From Octopus bimaculoides (taxonomy: Eukaryota), in contig NC_068981.1 of assembly GCF_001194135.2 (NCBI RefSeq), forward strand, positions 5,432,562 through 5,496,561: DNA of 64,000 bases, written 5' to 3'. How positions within the stretch are numbered: position 1 is the first letter of the stretch; each line of letters begins with the position of its first letter. The notes below the pieces were generated by a model, which had not been told where the DNA came from, did no database searches, and saw nothing but the letters and a program-made list of their open reading frames with translations. Of the stretch, positions 1 to 10,300 are shown one piece after another. Both the position numbers and the translations under genes were made by a program.

Positions 1-354
1 ATGATGATGATGATCATCATCATCGTTTAACGTCCGCTTTCCATGCTAGCATGAGTTGGACGATTTGACTGAGGACTGGTGAAACCAGATGGCTACACCA
101 GGCTCCAATCTGATTTGGCAGAGTTTCTACAGCTGGATGCCCTTCCTAACGCCAACCACTCCAAGAGTGTAGTGGGTGCTTTTACGTGTCACCCGCACGA
201 GGCCAGTCAAGAGGTGCTGGCAACGGCCACGCTCGAAATGGTGTATTTTACATGCCACCTGCACAGGAGCCAGTCCAGCGGCACTGGCAACGACCTCGCT
301 CGAATGTCTTTCCACGTGCCAGTGGCACAAGTGCCAGGAAGGCGACGTTGGTAA
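1..354 (-). mobile_element. (ATG)n-tailed SINE-like repeat, abundant family in this window
   Basis: catcatcatcgtttaacgtccgctttccatgctagcat...ctggatgcccttcctaacgccaacc; near-identical copies at 31163 (same orientation) and at 46399 and 60555 (opposite orientation). Confidence 0.85.
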
Positions 355-355
355 C

Positions 356-391
<36 letters not shown>

Positions 392-850
392 CGCACTCTA
401 AAATAGTGCGACCATGAGATAGAGAATAGGAAGCCAGATATAGTCTTAATTGAGGAAGAAAACAAACTATGTTGGATCATAGATATAGCATGCCCAGCTG
501 ACAACAAGGTATGTGATAAGGAAGAAAGAAAAGTCGAGAGATATGACAGGTTAGCTTGGGAAGTTAAGCAGTTGTGGTTGATGAAAAAGGTGGTAGTAGT
601 ACCAAAAATTGTCGGAGCCCTGGGAACAGTGAGTAAAAGTTTCGAGAAATACGTGGAACAAATAGGGGCTGCAATAAGGGAGGAGAATTTGCAGAAAACA
701 GCACTGCTTGGAACCGCTCGAATACTTCGGAAGGTGCTTGAAAAATAAGAGGTGTTACCTTAGTTCACTGGTAGTGAACAGCTGACACCGTAGTACATCT
801 CCAGCGTTAGAAGCTGTGCAAAGGCAATAATAATAATAATAATAATAATA

Positions 851-886
<36 letters not shown>
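392..886 (+). mobile_element. 5'-truncated R4/Dong-like non-LTR retrotransposon 3' end (restriction-like endonuclease domain) with (TAA)n tail
   Basis: Frame 407-748 reads CDHEIENRKPDIVLI..CWIIDIACPAD..KVERYDRLAWEVKQLW..VVVVPKIVGALGTV..LQKTALLGTARILRKVL*, with RPD...D endonuclease-type motifs; flanked by TAA repeats on both sides (about 355-391 and 826-886). Confidence 0.85.
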
Positions 887-887
<1 letters not shown>

Positions 888-1101
888 GGAACAGTAAGCC
901 TAGACAAATGGCTGAAGGAGATTGGAATAGAATGCCTGATAGACCTCCTCTAGAAAGTTTGTCTCTTAGGGACAGCAAGGATCTAAGCATTTCAAAGACC
1001 ACTGAAAACTTGTGGATCCCTAAGGTTACAGGTAGTAACCCACTACCCACAGAAATCTTACCAGGAATAAGACCGAACCTGAGACAAACCAAAATAATAA
1101 T
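887..1101 (+). mobile_element. Second, more truncated and degraded R4/Dong-like 3' end
   Basis: gga aca gta agc cta gac aaa tgg...: GTVSLDKWLKEIGIECLIDLL*KVCLLGTARI*, homologous to the first element's C-terminus; ends in aataataat. Confidence 0.7.
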
Positions 1102-1399
1102 CCTTTCTACTATAGGTACAAGGCCTACAACCTTTGGGGGGAGGGGGCTAGTCAATTATATTGACCCCATGGCTCAACTGGTACTTATTTCATTGACCCC
1201 AAAAGGATGAAAGGCAAAGACTGGAGATGAAGCAAAATAGTTGGTCATTCTTCTAAAATCCTTATAAACAATTATGATTTCTGATGAAATTTTGACAAAG
1301 CAATACACGCTTTCTCCTATCAAATTCTGTCTGCAAATTCTTTCTGTATATTTGCTTATAAACAATTATGATTTCTGATGGACTTGTAAACAATTATGA

Positions 1400-1862
1400 A
1401 CTTATTTTACTGCCTATTTTGAACACTTTTATGTAAACTATCTAACACTTTTGTTACTGTATTTATTTTCAGATGTTCTGTGCTTCTTTCAATTACTTTA
1501 AATATAACAAAGAATTTAGTAAAATAACTTAGTTATTCAGCTAGTGTTAGGAACATAAATTGTGACTAAGGTTTGGTGGAAGATTTTAATTGAAAACTTA
1601 TAAAAACAAGACATTTATATTACAGAGCCAGAGCCGGTTTCAGCCAGGTTGGTATCGAAAGGGTTAAGAATTGTTTCTCTATTATATCTTTTAAATATAA
1701 CAAAGAATTTAGTAAAATAACTTAGTTATCATTCAGCTAGTGTTAGGAACATAAATTGTGACTAAGGTTTGGTGGAAGATTTTCATTCAGAACTTTTGAA
1801 AATAAGACAATTGTACTCAGAGCCAGAGGCAGTTTCAGGCGGGTTGGTAATGAAAGAGTTAG
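1400..1862. mobile_element. Two tandem partial copies of a piggyBac-like MITE (AAAGGG-TTAA end)
   Basis: About 170-bp direct duplication (about 1497-1667 and 1690-1862); the first ends ggtatcgaaagggTTAA. Confidence 0.55.
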
Positions 1863-3158
1863 ACTAATCCACTCCACCAAATCTGGTGACCAAATGAACT
1901 TAATTTCAGTCATTCTGTAACAACATTGTGGTCAAGAAACTTACTTCCCAACCATGTGGTTTTAGGTTCAGTCCCACTGCATGGCACCTTGGCTGAGTGT
2001 CTTCTGCTATAGCCTTGGGCCAACTAAAGCCTTGTGAGTGAATTTGGTCGACAGAAACTGAAAGAAGCCTATTGTATCTATGTGTGTGTGTATATATAGA
2101 TGTATATGATGATGGACTTTCCTGTTGTTAGAGGGTTTAACAATTTCTTACCGAACAACCACACAAATGATTTGTTTATAGCAATGATTAAATGTTTGTG
2201 TACACAAAAGCTTGCTCCCTCCATCATATGGACATTACCTGTACAGGTGCACCATGTGCCACAGGTCAGATGACGAAATGATCACAGAGCAAAATGAAAT
2301 GAAGTGCTTTGCTCAAGAACACAATGCAATGCCTGATCTGGGAATCAAACCCACGATCTCGTAGTTGTGAGTGTAACACCCTAACCACTGAGCCATGTAC
2401 CTTTATATGTGTGTGTGTGTTTGTCCACCACCACTATTTGACAACTGGTGTTGGTGTGTTTATATTCCCATGACTTAGCAGTTTGGCAAAAGAAACTGAT
2501 AGATTAAGTACCAGGCTTAAAAAGAAGTATTAGGCTCAATTCATTCAATGAAAATTTCTTGAAGGCGCTGCCCCAGCATGACCACAGTCTGATGACTGAA
2601 ATGAGCAAAAGATAAGTGTCTGATGTTGGTTTGAGGAATTAGCAGATAAAATACAAGCAGTGATATTTGGGAAGGTGTTGGAAGCGAATTCAACTGTTTA
2701 GAGACTGGTACTTCAACAACTGGAATGGTAAAGATATTTCCAACTCTAATAGGATACTTCTGGCAAGTTCTTTCTGTAACTGACATCTTCAAATATTGAA
2801 AAAAGCATATAACAACAATGATGGCACCACTTTCAGACCATTAAAAGACATGGCATTGACTTGTCTCGAAGAATAAAAAAAATTGTGTGGTTATTGTACA
2901 GCTGTGCTATATTTGGAATAGAGAAGATGAGGCATTAAGCAGCGATATTGAACAACATTAAGACTCTAAGTCTAATAGTTCCTCTTTCAAGATATTAACC
3001 CCTCTGGCCATATTCTTCAGAATCTGGTTTCATAGCAAATGAATGGTTTTTAATGACATCTCTTATAATTACTTTGGCGACAGAAGTAATTTCTGGTTTT
3101 CAGTTTGGTAAGAAGGCACTAGAATTTATTAATTTATTTTTCTTTCCTCATTATTCTT

Positions 3159-3193
<35 letters not shown>

Positions 3194-3306
3194 AAAAATT
3201 ACAAGACAGAAATTGTAACTTAAACATTTTTGTTACTATGTGCAGCAGTGATTTGAAATCAAATTGCTAGGTAACAGGTCATACATCACAAACGAACCAG
3301 AATAGT

Positions 3307-3410
3307 GTCACATGATTGGTCTATTAAGCAACCAATCAGCATCACACTATCATGTGACTCAATCTTCAAGTGTGCCCTATAAAAGGCTGTGTTTGGCAGT
3401 AATTAGTTGT
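3307..3410 (+). promoter_or_regulatory. Promoter-like module: E-box, inverted CCAAT, CCAAT, E-box, TATA box, Inr-like
   Basis: GTCACATGA (3307) and TCATGTGAC (3350); TGATTGGT (3313) and ACCAATCA (3331); TATAAAAG at 3378; ttAgtt about 27 nt downstream of the TATA. Confidence 0.45.
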
Positions 3411-4012
3411 AGAATAGCTGAGCAAAATACACTTCCATTGTTGCTAGAAACATTTCTACAGATTTCTTCAGGTTCTTAGACAATGTCTCGTAAATAACTT
3501 CTTTGAAAGCAGTTCAATTGTAAAAGACCAACACAGTTTATCTGGATGTGCGACAATAAAATCTTCTGTAAATGTTTGTAGGTGTTGTTCAGTTACTCTT
3601 TCAAATAACCAAGAAACATATTTCCATTCATCACCTCAATCAGTCACCACACAGACCAGACGAAGAACCATAAGCCACAACAACGGTAAAAAGGTTGTTG
3701 TATTTGTGGAATGATTAGGGAATCTTTAGTATTTAATTGAAACAAGTGTTATATTGGGTGTTTTTACAGTGATGTTGAAAGGGGACTTGTACCATACTAT
3801 GCTTCTGTTGTTAATGATTCTTCAATATAAGTAATGTTTTTGTTTTTTTCATGCTTCAGGTATTCACAGAATCAAGAAATATTTGCTTCAAGGCAGCAAA
3901 TTCTCAATGTAGATGCGAATCATTTTTTTTTTTGCCTTCTTTTTAATATCATTAGTAATACTAATAGGATGGCAAGATAGACGATGAATGTAACAGTTTT
4001 ATTTGGTTTGTA

Positions 4013-4530
4013 CGAGGGTGAGTCAAAAAGTAATGCCATTTTGTTTAGGACAGGTATAATTACCAACACAGGAACATGTATCATACATCAAAATGAAGCT
4101 GGTCCTTTGTGGATCACATCCCTACTTCTCAACATAGTCAGCGTTTCTCTCAATAGCAATGTTCCACCTTCGAATAAGAGCATGTATCCCTGCCCCGTAA
4201 AATTCTTTTGACTTCTTTGAGCCACTTCTTCACTACCTCCACACTCACCAGATTTAGCGCCTTCAGACTATCATCTCTTCGGCCCCATGAAAGAGGGTTT
4301 GAGAGGCAAACATTATTCCAGTGATGAGGAAGTGAAAACTATAGTGAAGGAGATATATGCTCTCATTTGAAGGTGGAACATTGCTATTGAGAGAAACGGT
4401 GACTATGTTGAGAAGTAGGGATGTGATCCACAGAGGACCAGCTTCATTTTGATGCATGATACATGTTCCTGTGTTGGTAATTATAAACAAAGTCCTAAAC
4501 AAAATGGCATTACTTTGTAACTTACCCTCA
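4013..4530. mobile_element. Non-autonomous mariner foldback element with TA target-site duplication
   Basis: TA-cgagggtgagtcaaaaagtaatgccattttgtttaggac ... gtcctaaacaaaatggcattactttgtaacttaccctca-TA; long inverted arms; internal PHSPDLAPSDYHLFGPMKEGLRGKHYSSDEEVK (4239 onward). Confidence 0.92.
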
Positions 4531-5480
4531 TAACATGCTTAACACATGGCACTAAGTTGAGAATTACATCAAGATAAACAGCAACAGTAATATATTAATT
4601 GATGAAATTACAATAATTCTATTTGTTTTGTTATTAATAGGCCATCATTACTGTAGACTCGTCATTTGATCAGTTGTAGTTCTTTCTTCGAATCAGACTA
4701 AACCATTAATCCCAGAATAATTCTCAGTGCCCATCCTAACATATCAAGTCAATCAGTCATCACCACAAACCAGCCAACAAAAACACACAACATATATGTC
4801 TGATAAAAGACACTGCTTTTGTTGCAGTTAATTTTAGAAATAACAAAGAATTTAGTAAAATAATCTTATCATTATCAAATTGATGTTTGGAACAAATTAC
4901 CATGAAATTTTGATTGCTATAAAAGAGGGAACTTGTATAATTTAACCAGGGGTGGGTATTAAGAGTTGCAAAAATATAGAAATTTATCTTTGAATATCTT
5001 ACTAATATAATTTCGATTTTAGTAACAAGCCCTCTTTAGATGAATGGAATCTGCCAGACATCAAAAACTAAAAGGAAAATTGAATTTCAAGATTCCAGAT
5101 TTACATTGGTGAAAAGATGTCTTGGCAAATTAAGTTGAAATTTCAATCTTGGAATGGTATTTCTTCTAGTAACTGAAAACAATTAGAAAGTAAAAAGTTA
5201 CTAGACTATATTTATAATCAAATACAGATAGAAGTGACCATTCCAAAGTTTACTCAATACCGTTTTGGAAATGTGATCAGCGTCAACTCCCAAAAAACTC
5301 GACATGAATAAATTTAGGAAAATCACTGAAAATGAAACAAGGCTTGGGAAAGAATCGGCCAAAAATTCAAACCAAAATTAAGAACAATAATTATGTGAAA
5401 TGTTTTAATATTTTTATGTATTTCACATCATTTTGTAGCTTTGAATATTAATACGATCGTTTATTATTATAATTATTATT

Positions 5481-5900
5481 AAGGCAGCTAGCGGGCAGAA
5501 TTGTTACGGCGCCGGACAAAATGCTTAGCAGCATTTCTTCCGGTTTTACGTTTTGAGTTCATATGCCGTCGATGTTGACTTAGCCCTTTATCCTTACGGA
5601 GTCGATAAAATAAGCACCATTTGGGAACAGGGATTGATGTCAATCGACTTAGCATTCTCTTCCAAAAATTTCAGACCTTCTGTTGATAATAAGGATTATT
5701 AAAGCGGCGAATTGGCAGAATAGTCAGCGCGTCGAACAAAATGTTTGGGAGCAATTCCGTGGCGTCTTTATGTCCCGAGTTCAAACATCTCTGAGGTGAA
5801 CTTTGCCTTTCATCCTTTCGGGGTCGATAACATAAGTATTAATCAAGTACGGACGTCGATGGTATCGATTTCCCTAAAAACTCCTGTCTCCTGGCTTTGT
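5481..5900 (+). mobile_element. Two tandem copies of a tRNA-derived SINE (ggcggcgagctggcagaa...gagttcaaa...ctttgcctttcatcctttcggggtcgata family)
   Basis: Same family as 58611-58839 and the minus-strand fragments at about 1102-1225 and about 29150-29280; A-box/B-box-like head. Confidence 0.7.
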
Positions 5901-7304
5901 GCTTAAATTATATATATCCCTTCCGAAAAAGAAAAAAAAACCCAATTTTATTACAAAATCCCATTTTTTTCCACATAAAAAAACTTAATCCATCTTTCTA
6001 AACAGATTTTCCATTGTGTTCAGGTCCTTTTTATAATCAATGTCGTAATTCATAAATTATATTCTTTCAAAAACATAACGAAGAATTTGAATCTCATTAA
6101 AAACCCCAAAGTGACACAAAACATAATTCCTTACCATTCAAAATTATAAATTGACAACTAACTTATTGTGTTAAATATATTAATTAAGATGTTTATGTAG
6201 AAGTTAATTACGCAACAGAGCTTTAATTTAGGAAAAATATGAACTTTGAAAAAAAATCTGCATGCTGACTTGAAGAGGCAACATTTTGGTTGGAGTGCCA
6301 ATCTAACTTTCTCAAGCCCACCATTATCACCCCCTACCATTTTCAAATCCTTACAAATGTCGTTAAAACCCGATAGCAGTCAGGTACCAGGAGATTCTCT
6401 CTCCCAGCTTCACCAAAACTTACACTACATCAATTAACAGGGAGATTTAAAAAAAAAAACTTTCATTATATTTCATAGTTGGACTTTGTTCACTTTGCAA
6501 TGATGGTAAAACATTAAACATGACGTTAATTCTTTTAAGGAACTAAAAGAAATGAGACACGAAAAAAGGCCAGAGGGAGTTAAGTTTGTCCCCATCTTGT
6601 CTCATAAAATATTTCCTACATTTAAAACACGAAACGACGAAGCTCATTGTAATTGGGTGTCATTAGAAGGGAACAAAATAAAACTATATTCTCATTAACA
6701 TTGCAGTTTAAATAAATTAGATGAAACTAATTAATTAACCAAACAGGACTAGATTAACTTTTTTTTTTTGAAAGTTAGTGGAGTAAATTGCCTCATTCCC
6801 CCCCCCTTCTCACCTCATTCTGTAATAAATAAGGAACTTAATATCATCGTAGCTGAATAAAAGTATTTCCTTTTAAATGTTGGCTGGATCGTCTGTCTTA
6901 GAACTAAAAATAAAAAGAAATATTAAAAAAAANNNNNNNNNNTGTAATATTATAAGAAACGAAGATAAAAAAAATAGTACTGCCATGTTAGTGAAACAAT
7001 TAGAGAAATAGATGTGATATATATTTCTCTCTCTACACAGATTAATATATGAATGGCTAGAAGTAAATGTAAGGCAGCAGTGAGTATTGTATTAACGCTA
7101 AATAAATATCTCTCTCTCTTTATATATATTGGGAAGTCATTATGTGTGGCGGCGGCAGTTAAGAGTGCAATGATGTATTCTTACACCCGAGAGAACCAAC
7201 ACACTCTCCCACATATTGGAACAGCTCGACTAACTAAAACCAAGACAATCCTCGGTAACATTCGAAAGTAACATCGGTTAAATCCGTGAAAGATTTAAAA
7301 GCGA

Positions 7305-7341
7305 CCAATGGCGAAGCAGTTAAATAATGAGACAGTCCAAT
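7305..7341 (+). promoter_or_regulatory. Tandem CCAAT boxes (7305-7309, 7337-7341), 32 bp apart, in the PPP4R1 proximal promoter
   Basis: gaCCAATgg and gtCCAATcg within a locally CpG-containing, repeat-free region just upstream of the ATG; spacing is typical of tandem NF-Y sites. Confidence 0.45.
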
Positions 7342-7378
7342 CGAAACGCAGCTTGCATACCTCGTGGTTTCCTACAAC

Positions 7379-7385
7379 ATGGCGG
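7379..7385 (+). CDS. PPP4R1: PPP4R1 coding exon 1 (ATG GCG G)
   Basis: caacATGGCGG|gtgag: good start context and strong donor; joins exon 2 to give MADINYY, like the MAD start of PP4R1. Confidence 0.85.
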
Positions 7386-10300
7386 GTGAGGCGTCTTCTA
7401 AAGCAGACTTTGTTGCTCTAATTTGAAGTTTTGCGCCAATTTTAATGCTCTCCCATTTTATTTCAGACATCAACTATTATCGGGTTGTATTGGAAGATAC
7501 TTCGGAAAGCAGTAAGTGGTTGACTTAGCTTTAAACTTTGCTTGCTTTCGTTGGCCGTGTGTCCGTTGGCCATGTACCAAAGAGTAGAAGCTCCTCCTCG
7601 TCGTTTAACCAACGGACTCCACTTGCAGCCTTGATCACCCAGCACCATTCTATCCTCACTCTTTTCTTTCACCGTTAAAAACCTTTCTACCATTGTCGCC
7701 CTACATGTTATTGTTGTTATTATTGTTTATTCACAAACCAAAAACCAGTCAGCTAGTCGTTATTAACCGTGGGTGTCACTCATTTAACTTCCACCTCTGT
7801 CCTTAAAAAAAAAAAGAGAAAAAAGACTGCTTCTTCCTTTCGGACCAAGTACAATCGTACTAAGCAAAGAGGGCATGGGATATCTCTCTCTCTCTCTCAT
7901 GGCTCACAATTGATAACACTTTTAATGTTGTCTCACAACACCTAACAACATCCTTTGCTGACATGTTTAAAAAGCCAAAGCTCCTTTTTATAATATATAT
8001 CTCTTTCGAAGCGTCCATCCATCCCTCACACACACACACACACTAATATTTATTATTTCCTTTCATTTGTCTCTCAAATATTCCCCCCCTCCATGCTACT
8101 CTCTCTCACGTTTATTTATTTCTTTTTAATTGTATCTTATCTTAAAAATGCTTCACAAATCAATGTACTTTTTTTTCTTTTTTAAAAAAAAACCCTCTCC
8201 ATGTTTTGCCCCCCCCCTCTCTGTCTCTCTTCCATAAGCTACAAAAACATCTGTAAATTGTTGTCAATCCCTAAAAACAACCATTTCCCAGGAAGAAACA
8301 ACACAGATTATTTATATACGTGAATATTAGACAAAAAAATAAACCCCAAAAGTTGACAGATCCCTCTTTTTAGGACCGTAATTAAAATGCTTGCTTTACC
8401 GAAAAATATTCGGTTCGTGTGTGAGTCTGGGATTCAAAAATTTCCTTGTAATTCCCGTCAACGGAATGAAACGAGTGAATAATTATTAAAATAGCAATAG
8501 TATTTGTCCTGACATTGTTGTCTGTTGGTCAGTTCTCGTGATGGTACCTTTTTTTTTTAACGACTTCTTGTTCTTGTAAAAACCACCAACTAAACATCAC
8601 GCATCAACATCTTTTATTTTCTTGTTTTAGTTTTCTCACAAGAACAAGCTTTGCTGGTTTTCCATCTTTACAAATCGGAGAGAATCATTCATGATATGGT
8701 CACTATATTACTTATATATATAGAATAACCACACATACATATTGTTATATACACACATATCGTGCATGTAGATTGTCAGTAATGAGTAACGTGAAACTGA
8801 CACGATTTAAAAATATGCTTCAGCCTCATATATATATGTGTGTATATGTATATATATATACATACATACAGATCACACACACTCTGTTTTGAATATTTGC
8901 CCTCTCCCGTTTGTAAACACATTCTCCAATTTATATCCTGATTAATTGTAAATGCAATGTTACTGATGTATGTAGTTGGTAAATATTTCATTGACCTCTG
9001 CCCATGTGTAGTATATACAAACATATATACGTGCGTGTGTATGTATATATATATATATATATATAGTGTGTGTGTGTGTGTGTATTTCAGTGTTAAAATC
9101 TCTATTCCAAAGATAGAACTTTGTTTACATGTTAATTGATAAATAGAGGAATTCTGCAAGGTCTCTCTCTTTCTCCCCTTATCTATAAATATATATATTT
9201 TATATATCTCTCAACGAAGCCCTTCTCTTCTCTATGGCTCATAACTCCGAGTTCCTACCCTAAACACGGCTTAATTTTCGTTTCCCTCTCGCTGCAATAA
9301 TCATCAGCCACACACAACAAACGTCAGTTAGGTGCTTCTTGTATTCAATCCCTTTCCTTCTCAGTTCAAATGTGTGAACCCACTTTACTGATTTCACTGA
9401 GGCAGGGTACCTTACATACCGTGTACTATTAGAAATATTTCGTTAGGGGGATTTTCTTTTCTTAATTTTCGATTATCTTCATGTCAGCCTTTTAGTTTTT
9501 ATTTTCTTAAATGAAAACCTAATAATTTCTCTTATATTATTTTCTCTCTATCATGTGACCAGGGTGTTTCCTCTCGACCTTTTGAACTTAGCGCTTTTTA
9601 CCAATGTTCCCGCGTCTTCCTTTTTTTCCCCCCCTTGTGGTAACTTTGTAAAACTCACCCCTTTTCACGTCTCACAATCTGCCATTCATCACCAAACTCC
9701 CTAATGCTCTTAGTTTTTTTTTCTCTCTCACGGATTATTTGCTCTCTTAATTTTTTTTTTTGTCTCCTCCACCTCGTGTTTTATTTAAAAGCATTCGCTA
9801 ATTTTGTATATACAACTTGTATTTTCTCGACATTTCCACAAATCATTTTTAAAAACTATTTTTTTGGATATTATCGGTTCAGTTTAAATATTTAGGTTTT
9901 AAAAAGCACTTGAGCGGTGGTGGTGGTGGTAGGGGCGCAACTGTTTTATGAATGACAGTAAGTGTTATTGCTATAATTCCGTTTATATTTTAAAACATCT
10001 CCTATCTGTGTCTGTAAAATCTATTTAATATAATTGTTTATTGCTTATTTTTCTTTTCAATCGCATACGGTCTTGCAATCTCACATCAATCACATTTATT
10101 TGAATATATATTCGCATATATTTTAGCTACGTAATTGTGCGGGACTGTTCTTTTGTCTTATTTCAAAATTTCTACATTAACTCGGTTCTTTGTATCCACC
10201 ATTCTCTCTCTCTGCTTGCCTCTTTCTTGCTTCATCCATGGTGCTTACCGCCAAAAACTCGCACCTCATTCAATAATTGGCAACTCTGTTTTTTTTTTTT

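Noticed and set aside
760-1155. 131-aa minus-strand ORF with poly-Leu/Ile
   Set aside because: Antisense translation of the TAA tail and retroelement fragments.
2541-2840. Open frames that look protein-like on both strands
   Set aside because: No convincing splice sites or family motif; the weak resemblance to decayed transposase could not be supported.
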